Below, one piece after another: positions 41,088 to 51,000 of a stretch of DNA of 57,111 bases. Source of the stretch: Christensenella sp. UBA6345 (GTDB taxonomy: Bacteria; Bacillota; Clostridia; Christensenellales; UBA1242); contig DJSB01000007.1 in assembly GCA_002437945.1 (NCBI GenBank), forward strand, positions 1 to 57,111, in the 5' to 3' direction. The notes under the pieces are model-generated. The model saw only the letters and a program-made list of their open reading frames with translations, was not told where the DNA came from and searched no databases. Each line of letters starts with the position of its first letter. Positions within the stretch are counted from its first letter, which is position 1. The translations under genes were made by a program, and so were the position numbers.

Positions 41088-41615
41088 ATGAAAAAACTTA
41101 TATCAATAATGATTGCAATTGTATCTATATTTTTATTAGCAGGGTGTGGTAGTAATTCAACTACGCAAGAACAATATTTACGTATACATATAAGAGCCAA
41201 TAGCAATTCTAGAATAGATCAAAATATTAAATATACCATAAAAGACGATTTGGTTAATTATCTTACACCACTAGTTTCTCAATGTAATAGTTTTGATGAA
41301 GTGGTCGATATGATAGACGAAAATATTAATGATATGGAAAATCTATGTGACAATATCTTGACCGATAATGGATTTAGTTACACTTCAAAAATAATGATTA
41401 ATGAAGAATATTTTCCTACTAGAGCATATGGCGAATATGTATTAGAATCGGATTTTTATGATGCAATTATAGTTAATCTGGGAGAAGCAAAAGGAGATAA
41501 TTGGTGGTGTGTCGTATATCCGCCTTTGTGCTTTTTAAATGCTAAAAATGTAGATAAAAACAATATTGTATATAAAAGCAAAATATTAGAACTTATTAAC
41601 AAGTTCTTTGACTAA
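41088..41615 (+). CDS. spoIIR: Stage II sporulation protein R
   Basis: 175 aa. Lipoprotein-type signal (LLAGCG), YLRIHIRANSNS...DQ and GDNWWCVVYPPLCF signature. Confidence 0.9.
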   Translation: MKKLISIMIAIVSIFLLAGCGSNSTTQEQYLRIHIRANSNSRIDQNIKYTIKDDLVNYLTPLVSQCNSFDEVVDMIDENINDMENLCDNILTDNGFSYTSKIMINEEYFPTRAYGEYVLESDFYDAIIVNLGEAKGDNWWCVVYPPLCFLNAKNVDKNNIVYKSKILELINKFFD

Positions 41616-41656
41616 TTGTCAAAAAGTGGTCAATAATTAACAGAAAAGGAGATGTT

Positions 41657-42319
41657 ATGGTTAAAAAAGTATTTATTCCTGTAATTTTGTCATGCATTAC
41701 AATACTTACTACTTTAGGGGTATGTATATATAATTCGTTCTTTAAAGATAGTTCGGTTATGTCGGTTAATGCTTATGCACCAGATATGTATGAAGTGCAA
41801 AGAAGACTTAAAGATTGGGGATACTATGATGGTGCTATAACAGGTGTTAATGATACGGCTACCCAGAATGCGATTATGTATTTTCAACGAGTACATGGAT
41901 TATCACAGACTGGTGAAGTGGATTATGCTACTGCACAGGCTATAGGTGTAAGTCTTAATTCTCGTAATAGTAATGATTTGTATCTACTTGCAAAGTGTAT
42001 TCATGCTGAAGCGCGTGGAGAAATATATGTAGGAAAGGTTGCTGTTGGTGCGGTTATACTTAATAGAGTGGCTAGTCCAGATTTCCCTAATACCATTTAT
42101 GGTGTAATATATCAACCATGGGCTTTTACAGCAGTTCATGATGGACAGATTAATCTTGAACCTGATTCGGAGTCTTATCAGGCAGCACAAGATGCATTAA
42201 GCGGTTGGGACCCTAGTTATGGTAGTTTGTATTACTTTAACCCTAATACTGCTACATCTAGTTGGATATGGTCACGTAAACAAGTCGTTACTATAGGTGG
42301 ACATATTTTTGCAGTGTAA
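41657..42319 (+). CDS. sleB: Spore cortex-lytic enzyme SleB-type (PG-binding domain plus cell wall hydrolase domain)
   Basis: 220 aa. PG_binding_1-like VQRRLKDWGYYDGAITGVNDTATQNAIMYFQ and Hydrolase_2 block LLAKCIHAEARGE...AVILNRVASPDFPNTIYGVIYQPWAFTAV. ypeB follows. Confidence 0.85.
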   Translation: MVKKVFIPVILSCITILTTLGVCIYNSFFKDSSVMSVNAYAPDMYEVQRRLKDWGYYDGAITGVNDTATQNAIMYFQRVHGLSQTGEVDYATAQAIGVSLNSRNSNDLYLLAKCIHAEARGEIYVGKVAVGAVILNRVASPDFPNTIYGVIYQPWAFTAVHDGQINLEPDSESYQAAQDALSGWDPSYGSLYYFNPNTATSSWIWSRKQVVTIGGHIFAV

Positions 42320-42397
42320 TTTTAGATATAAAATGTATTTGATTGATAGAAATATTTTGATGCCATTGTTTTATAACAGTATTTTATTGGAGTTAAT

Positions 42398-43720
42398 ATG
42401 AAAAATAAAAGCATAATAATAACATTATCGGTTGTGATGGGAATAACATTATTAAGTGTTTTTGCAGCGTTAATTGTTTTTATAATTACTACTAATACGT
42501 ATTCGAATCAATTAGAAAATTTGTATAAACGTAATTATTACGAATTAAGTAGCAATATCAACGATATTGAAGTAGATATGAGTAAATTAATTGCTACCAA
42601 TTCCACTACCACAAAACGTGAAGTTTTAACCAATCTTTATGGTAATTGTACTATGGCAAATAATAATCTATCTATGTTGCCCATAAGTAATACCAAGATT
42701 AAAAATGTTAATGATTTTGTTAATAAATTGGGTGGTTATGTATATAGTTTGTTAACAAAAGTTAATAATAATCAATTATTTAGTGATTATGATTATCAAA
42801 CAATTAATGACTTACACAGTGAAAGTCAAAGATTGATGGTTGCGTACAACGAACATATTTCTTCTTTAAAATTCGATTATAAAATATTAAAAGATGTTAA
42901 TTTTTCTGATGGAGATAAATCATCGTTTGATGCGGGACTAGTAAACAGTGATAATTCTAAAGTTCCTACACTCATATATGATGGACCATTTGCTGATTCG
43001 GTAGTTAATAAAGAAATAAAAGGTTTACCTAATAATGAAATTACAAAAGAACAAGCATCTGATATAGTTATGACACAATTAACTATGCTTGATGTAACTT
43101 CTATTAGATATGTTGGAGAAAGTGACGGCAATTTTTATACCTACAATTTTAGTGTTGAAGCAGATAATCGTACATTATTTGTGCAGGTTAGTAAAATGGG
43201 TGGTAAAATAGTTGATATTACAGGATATAGTAATGGTAACACAATTAAATATGACCTTAATCAATGTATAGATATGGCAGAGACTTTAGCAAGAAGTTTA
43301 GGATATGACAATGTATATCAAGTATGGTATGCAGAGAACAATAACATTGTTTATATTAACTTGGCACCTATTATCAATCATGTAATATATTATCCGGATT
43401 TAGTAAAAGTTAAAGTAGATAAATGTGCTGGAGTAATTGCTTTAGAAGGTAAAAATTATTGGTATAATCATGTTGAACGTGATTTAAGTAACATTAATGT
43501 TACATTTGATAAAGCACAAAACAATTTAAGCAAAGCATTAACCGTTAACGAACGTAATTATGCACTTATACCTAATAAGTATAGTGGTGAGACTTTAACA
43601 TATGAATTTGTATGCACTTGGAAAGATTATACTTATTATGTATATATAGATGTAAGTACTGGCGAAGAAGTTAATATTATGAGAGTTATAAAAACCACAT
43701 CAGGGGATTTGATTATTTAG
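42398..43720 (+). CDS. ypeB: Germination protein YpeB
   Basis: 440 aa. N-terminal TM anchor and C-terminal PepSY-like repeats. It lies directly downstream of sleB, as in the sleB-ypeB operon. Confidence 0.8.
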   Translation: MKNKSIIITLSVVMGITLLSVFAALIVFIITTNTYSNQLENLYKRNYYELSSNINDIEVDMSKLIATNSTTTKREVLTNLYGNCTMANNNLSMLPISNTKIKNVNDFVNKLGGYVYSLLTKVNNNQLFSDYDYQTINDLHSESQRLMVAYNEHISSLKFDYKILKDVNFSDGDKSSFDAGLVNSDNSKVPTLIYDGPFADSVVNKEIKGLPNNEITKEQASDIVMTQLTMLDVTSIRYVGESDGNFYTYNFSVEADNRTLFVQVSKMGGKIVDITGYSNGNTIKYDLNQCIDMAETLARSLGYDNVYQVWYAENNNIVYINLAPIINHVIYYPDLVKVKVDKCAGVIALEGKNYWYNHVERDLSNINVTFDKAQNNLSKALTVNERNYALIPNKYSGETLTYEFVCTWKDYTYYVYIDVSTGEEVNIMRVIKTTSGDLII

Positions 43721-43867
43721 TTGATGAAAATAGTGATTTTTAGTTTTTGATGTAAGTAAAAACACATATGTATTATAATTAATTTGTAATAAGTGGTAAT
43801 TTAAGTTAGTTATTTTTCGTTGCAAAGTGATAGGTATTTGGTTATAATTGTTAAATAGGAGATTTAT

Positions 43868-44941
43868 ATGAGCAATAACAAATGGGACGAAACTACACTT
43901 AACAACTTAAGAATTCACGAATTAAGAGATTTGGCTCGAAAAATAGGTGTTAGATCACCTACATCACGCAAGAAAGAAGATTTGATTAATCAAAGTTTAC
44001 AGATATTGAAAGGAGAAGCATCTCCATATGTACCATCTACTAAAAAAGGTAGACCTAATAAAAGTGAAGTAAAAATAAATGATTTAGTTGAATTATTAAT
44101 ACCTAATGAGTTGAATGCAGATTCACATATTGAATATCAACCATATGAGTCAGTTAACTTTTTTGCCAATATGCCTTCATGTGATTATGACTCTGGCGAG
44201 CCAGAACAAGTTAAAGGACTAGTAGAAATATTACCAAGCGATGTTGGGGTAATTAGAGTAGATAATTATGCTACATCTAATAAAGATGTATTTATACATG
44301 GTTCATTAATTAAAAGATATGGATTAAAGACTGGCGATGAAGTCGTAGCCAATGCTAAACTTGTGGTATCAGATAGACCACGTTCGGTTACAGAAATTAT
44401 TAGTGTTAACAAAGATATGCCTAATGGACAACCACTAAACAATGTTGTTGTAGGAGATAGACAGTTTAAATTGGGCGATATTGCATTATTTATGGGTGAT
44501 TATAATGCCCTAGATATGTTTGAGTCTATTGATGGCGGTATTAGATTCTATGTTTCTGCATATGACAAAACAAGTCATGTATCTACTGCTGATAAGATTT
44601 ATGCGACTGTATCACCATTTAAACTATATAAAGATATTTACTGTTGCTATAATTTGGCTTTTAACAGGGCTAAAAGACTATCTTGTACAAATACTGTAAC
44701 TATAGTTGTTAATGCCTTTGAAGCCTATTATAGGGCTTTAGAAGCGGTATATTGTGATAATATTGGTTCACAAGTTAAGTTAGATAAAGTTGTGCAAGAA
44801 GAAATATTAAAAATGTTTGAAGATATAAAGAAAAATAATGTAACTACAATTGTTTATGCTGGTGCAGAATTAGAACCACAAATTAAAAATTTTCTTATGT
44901 ATGAACTTAAAAATGTAGTTGATTATTGTGAAATTCAATAA
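43868..44941 (+). CDS. Rho-derived protein: intact Rho N-terminal and RNA-binding (OB) domains, degenerate and truncated ATPase domain
   Basis: 357 aa. LRIHELRDLARKIGV...KEDLINQ is a Rho_N/SAP-like motif. GLVEILPSDVGVIRVDNY...DVFIHGSLIKRYGLKTGDEV aligns by eye with E. coli GVLEILQDGFGFLRS...DIYVSPSQIRRFNLRTGDTI. At the Walker A position (E. coli PPKAGKT) it reads FMGDYNALD. At Walker B (DERPEEV) it reads YDKTSHV. AKRL and the following beta strand are retained. The protein ends before the Rho C-terminal ~70 aa. Confidence 0.7.
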   Translation: MSNNKWDETTLNNLRIHELRDLARKIGVRSPTSRKKEDLINQSLQILKGEASPYVPSTKKGRPNKSEVKINDLVELLIPNELNADSHIEYQPYESVNFFANMPSCDYDSGEPEQVKGLVEILPSDVGVIRVDNYATSNKDVFIHGSLIKRYGLKTGDEVVANAKLVVSDRPRSVTEIISVNKDMPNGQPLNNVVVGDRQFKLGDIALFMGDYNALDMFESIDGGIRFYVSAYDKTSHVSTADKIYATVSPFKLYKDIYCCYNLAFNRAKRLSCTNTVTIVVNAFEAYYRALEAVYCDNIGSQVKLDKVVQEEILKMFEDIKKNNVTTIVYAGAELEPQIKNFLMYELKNVVDYCEIQ

Positions 44942-45031
44942 TATTTATTATATATAATAATTATTAATATAATATTAACATATTAAATAGTAATTGAAAT
45001 TAATCAATAAAAGTGAAATTTTAATAGAAAT

Positions 45032-45066
45032 AAAAAGTCTTAAGGGTTTTCCTTAAGACTTTTTTG
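45032..45066. terminator. Bidirectional terminator between the Rho-like gene and the giant gene
   Basis: AAAA-AGTCTTAAGG-GTTTT-CCTTAAGACT-TTTTT. Confidence 0.8.
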
Positions 45067-45081
45067 TTAAATATATTAATC

Positions 45082-48000
45082 TTATCTAAACTTCAAGTGA
45101 CGTCTAATAACAATAAATACTACAATCAATCCCACAACTACCACAGATGATACTACTATAATAATAATAGAAGTTGTATTAAGTGGTTCTTGTTTTGTTA
45201 CTTTATATGAATTGACTAATTTATTGTCCGCACTGAATATTTGAATCCAGTATTCTCTATTTTCGGTTAATGTAATAGAAGATATTTCGTTTGGACTTTC
45301 TGCTGTAATATTAATATTAGACATACCAGTAATTGCTATATATCCTACACCTATTTGGTCATAAATGATTTTTGGGTTGTAAGTAATAACAATCTGTTTT
45401 GTTGAGCCTGTTCCAAATGGTATTGAACTATATACATATGGTATTTCGTTGTTTACCCATACTTGGAAAGTAAATTCAACATCTTTGTTAAGTGTTTCGT
45501 TGTATTTAGATAAGGTAATTGTATAATTACCAGTACCTAAACTTTCTGGACTTATCCATAATTCATTTAGACTTTCTAGATTGTGTGTAATATCAGAGTT
45601 TTGCTTGAATACTTGAATTACTGTAAAGTTAGAATTTTGTGGAATGCTGAAACATGGTAAAGCAATGTTTGGATTAATTATGGTGAAACAATATTTAGTA
45701 GTTACAGATTCGTTTTGAGTAATTTTGGTTGTAATTGTTACTTCATAATATCCATGATTCATAAACTTATATTCATAGAAACTTGTTCCAACTTTTTCTG
45801 GAGTGAATTCTTTTCCATTTAAAGTTGCAGTGATTGTTGGGTCAGAGTAGTATAAGTATCTATTAGTAATTTCAATTTCGACATTACCGTTAAATATTTG
45901 GTTATTAATTGGTTCTTCATTGTTTACTTTAAATAATACATTGTTAACCAAGTTAATTGTCATTTCATTAACCGAACCGAAGTTTTGTATATTACCCGCT
46001 AAATCATATAATTTGATACGATGTATGCCTGCAGTGGTTAATGTTAAGGTGTTGGTATCATTAACTTCATCGTAAATTGTTTTTACAAAGTTTCCGTTGA
46101 AGTAGTAGTCAGCATATATTAAGTTGCCCCTTAACTCTGTTAAATTGTTTTCGGTAGTATTATATGCTTTCCAAGTAAGTATTAGTTTATTAACATTAGT
46201 CTTAACATCACTACTTAATGGTAAAGATGTTAATGTACCAGCATCGTCTGAAGGGTATAATGCACTAATATTTGTTAATGCAAGGTCATTGGCTTCATTA
46301 ACTTTATCTACGAATACGATTTGAATATATCTTTCGTATCCATAATTACTTTTACCTACTACTTTATATACTTTCTTTTTAAGTATAGAATCTTCATTGT
46401 CTATTGTAGATTCAATTAATTCACATTCAATACCTTTGTTTTTGTTAGCACGAATTTCTATGTATTTATCAGAGCCTTGTGGGTTGTTGTAATCCATTAA
46501 TGCATAATAACTATACAATATTTTTGTGCTACCTGTACCAGCATCTAAATATGTAGTTGTTTTTGGTGAAGGTCTTAATATAGTTTCTACACCATTATTA
46601 ATTTGAATAACATCATATACTACTATCTCGCCAGATACTAATTTAAAGTAAATGTTAAGGGTAGTGTCAGAGTATCCTAAACTATTACTAATTGTTGCTG
46701 TATATGTACCAGGTAAGTTAACTTCATATCCATTAGCGATATTGTTAATACGTTCGGTTTGTTGTTTGCCACTATTATCGGTATAAGTACGTAACAATGA
46801 TACATTGGCTTCAAACTTATAATCTTTATCCCAAGTAATGTAGAAGTTTTCTGTATGTATGGTTGGATCTTTAGAATTACTTGAACTTATAAGTTTACCA
46901 CCTGATTGGTTGCGAAGTTCAATTTCAGGTAGAGTTTTGTTAATCGCAAATATCTCTGTGTATAGAGTCTTTGTTTTTTCAACCATAAGTTCAACTTTGA
47001 ATTGTCTTATGGTATTTTTAGCATTGTTTTGGAATAATAATGTTCTTACGCCATTATTTAAACTTTGTTCTATAATACCATTAGCAGCATAGTCTGCGGT
47101 GTTAATTATGTTGTATGTGCCACTTGTACTATCGTATAGATATATAGAAATTAAGTATAAATTGGTTTGATATTTTAATGTTACATTATTAGCGGTATTA
47201 ACTACACCATTATCAGTAATAGATGTGCCATAATTGATTGTTCTTACATCATTAACACCCATACCTTTGTAGTAAGGTGGATATAATTCAAGGTCTTTAC
47301 CACGGTCAAATATATCAATTAATTGGAATCTAAATTCGCCTAGTCCAAAGGTGTATTTAGCCCCTTGAAGACTTGTGCCGGTCGAATAAGATTTAATAAT
47401 TGTGTTACCCAATGAATCTTGTGATTGTTCTACCCATGTACTATTAATAAATTTCCATACGTGGAATTCTTTAATATATGTGCTATCGTTGTCATTAGGT
47501 ATAGTAATAGTAAATTGTGTTGAAGATACATCTTCAATTATTGGTTCTAGTCTGTCACCAGGAACTCTATAAGTGATTACATAATCATCACTTAAACGGT
47601 TAACGAATGTAATAATTACTTTGTGACCTGATTTAGTAACTGTTTTTGTAAATTCAAGTGCATCATTGATTTTCTTTAGGAATCCTTCCCAAGATGTAGG
47701 TTCAAGGTTGTCATTAGGATTATTAATTAAAGTTACGGTAGATGTACCATAAGTAATGATACATTTATAGAAATAATCGTTAGAACCATCAATACCTGTA
47801 AAGTTAAGGTTATTACCCAATAATTCGGCAGAATTTATATATCCGTTTTTGGTATCTGGAAGCAATCCAGAAGTCTTTTCGGATTGAAGTTTTGCATTGT
47901 AATCAAAGTGAATTTGATTAATTTTGCCGTTAGGGTTGTAGTATAGGGCATATACTCTATAGTTGCCGGCTTCGTCACGTTCTACTATTTCATAATATCC

Positions 48001-51000
48001 TTCTGTGCTTAATAAGTCATAGATATTAATAATCTTGTTGGTAGAGCCGTCATTGGAATCATGATAGCCTATAGTGTCTTTTGTAAATGTTGAATCACTA
48101 TCCGAGAATCTTATATGACTTGAATTGCCTTCAGTATAGTAATTTTCGTCATCAGGTGTATAAGTCTTATAATATTCAGGGTATGCATGTTGATTAGTGT
48201 CTAATTTTCTATAGAAGAATTCGCTAGAATCTTGTGTGCCACCTAAAGCACTGTTTTGTATAAAAGTAAATGAACTATCAACTGCAAAGAAATAATTATC
48301 CATCTGTTCTTGATTTAGTAAACGACTTGCATTAAATTTTTTGTTATCGTCTTCAATTAATCTTTGATAGTTGTAAGTTGGTTTGATACGGTCTAGAGTA
48401 ATATTAAATGTACTCTTAAAGAAGTTCTTGGTCTTTTGAACTCCATTTTCAGTAACATTAATAACATAATCGCTTTCGTTACCTATATATTGTAAAACTA
48501 CTGTGTAAGTAATATTTTGTGATTTAGCCAACATATAATCACGAGTTGTACCAGAACCGCCTAAATATGTCTTGTTACTGTTTTTGTAATCTACTTCATC
48601 ATAAATAGTGATTATATAATATCCGGTTTCACTACCAGTATAGTCTGGTACAAATGTCATAACATCATCAGATGGTCTAGTACCATTAACTAGGGTAGTT
48701 ACATTGCCATTAACTGTTTTTGTAATAACAATATTGTCAGGATTAATTACTGCTTTATATTGGTCTTCATTCTTTCTAAATCTAAATCTTAATGAGTCAT
48801 TGTTAATACTCTTAAATGTACTATATTGAATACCATTAGTTTCACCATTATTAACAAGGTCTAGCATCATATCTGTACGTGCATTGTCATTGTATTTGCT
48901 ATAGAATTGACCTTCTGGTTGTTGGTGAGTGATTTTAAATTTGAAGTTATAATAATTTCTGTATTCCGCTTCTTTTTCACCAGATAATACTGATGATCTA
49001 TTGTCAGAAGAGTCCCAGATTTTAATATCATATTCGCCTTCATGAATTAATGATATTGCATATACATTGTTATGTATTGTAGAATTTACATATGTTGTAT
49101 TTATATTAACTACAGATTCTGTGTTGTCGAATATAATTGTTTGGTCGCTGTTAGTGCTTATACGCATTTTTAAGCCAAACCCATATGAATTTTCTTTTGT
49201 TGTTTCGGTAGTATATGATCTGTAAGAATTAGAATCAGTTGAGTTAAATAAAGTGTAATCTGTATTATATTTATCTAAAGGTAAATTAACTGTTACTGGT
49301 AATTTGTTTGTATCCACAATTGTAATTGATGGATTGTCAGATATTTTTGAATATCTTAAGTATTGTTGAATTTGTAGGGCAGTGTAGTATGTATCATAAA
49401 CATTGTTTACTGGGTTAGAGAAATCAAATACGATACCAGAACCTGTTTGATATAACATATCTGGAACTGTGCCGGTAAATTGATAAATATTTTCATCGGC
49501 AACATTTGTATCGATTTCAATAATACCTGTGCGGTCTACAACATATGTATAATATCTAATTACACCATCTTTGCTGTAATCCCCACCTTCAACTTTGTCA
49601 TATTCACGTTTAATTACGTAGAAACCTAATTTAGTTTTTATTTTACCATCTTCACTTGTTTGGTTAATAATTTCTGTACATACACGTGGAGAAGGTAGTG
49701 ATAGCGCACTATTGTCTACTTTTAATTTAGCATTGCTTAATGATGGTGTCTTTTTAAATGGATATGTAGGATAAGGAACACCATTTTGTGTATTTGTATT
49801 GTATGTGTCAATATAATCGCTAGTAATTTCCTTATATGCTTCTGGGTCAAATTCATAATAACTATAAGTAATTTCTTTTACATGGTACGAACTTCCTTCG
49901 TCACCAGGTAAATATGTAAATCTTAATTCGGAAGCATTAATTGTTCCTGATATTACATCTTCATAATTTGATGTGCCATTAGTGTTGTTGAAATTAGCAT
50001 ACATAATACCTTGAGCATTGTCTAGGAACATACGTACAAAGCCTTTCTTGGTATTACTATTGCTTATATTAGTTAAACTCTTGATATTTGATGCATCAGA
50101 TATTTGATATGTATATACTTTATCGTCACCAGAGAAGAAACGTTCTACATATGTCGCATTATCTGGAGCAGTAGGGTATATTATAACATTTGTCTGATTA
50201 GTAAGGTTAATACTATTAGAACCTTGATTAAATAAAACATTATTAATTCTAACATTTAAGAAATATGTGTTATTTACTAATGAGAAGTATCCTGTTGCTC
50301 TTTCTATGATGTTTTGCATTTTTGCATTGTTAATACGATTGTCAGTAACAGTGGCATTTATTCTGATAGATTTATAATTACCCCAAGTGATTTGGGCTTT
50401 ATCTGTAATAATTCCGTATGGATTTTCTATATTTTGTATTCCATCTTTAGTTAGGTCAGTATCTACAATAACATATGGTTTGGTTAAATCATAAATCATA
50501 AATTTAGATGCTGTGTTGCCTGCTTCGTCTTTTAATTCAAATACATAAATATTGGATACATCATCTAGAAATGCATTTTCGCTTGATATAAGTCCAGTGT
50601 CTAGGGAAGAGTAGTCAAAATTGTAAGGGCTTCCGCCATCCATATTGTCTACATCTATCATATAGTTGGTTTCAATGTATTCTTTTGAATCGTTGGTAAA
50701 TAATCTACCTGCATTACTGTTAGCGATAAATGGTATCTTGTAGTATATGGTATTGATACTTGCACCGCTAGGCTTTTTTGAATATGTTAATGTAAATGGT
50801 TGATTGATGATAAATGAATTACTAATATCAACTTCATTTCTGTCGTTTGAAATGGCATAACCTATTACCGAACCTGTAATTGGGTTCTTTCTAGCATAAA
50901 TAGGATTAATATTAATGTTTGATATTGGGTCTTTATCAATTACGTACTTATAACCTATATTTATAGGTTCGTTACCAGCGGTGTTGTCTCGGTTAAGATA

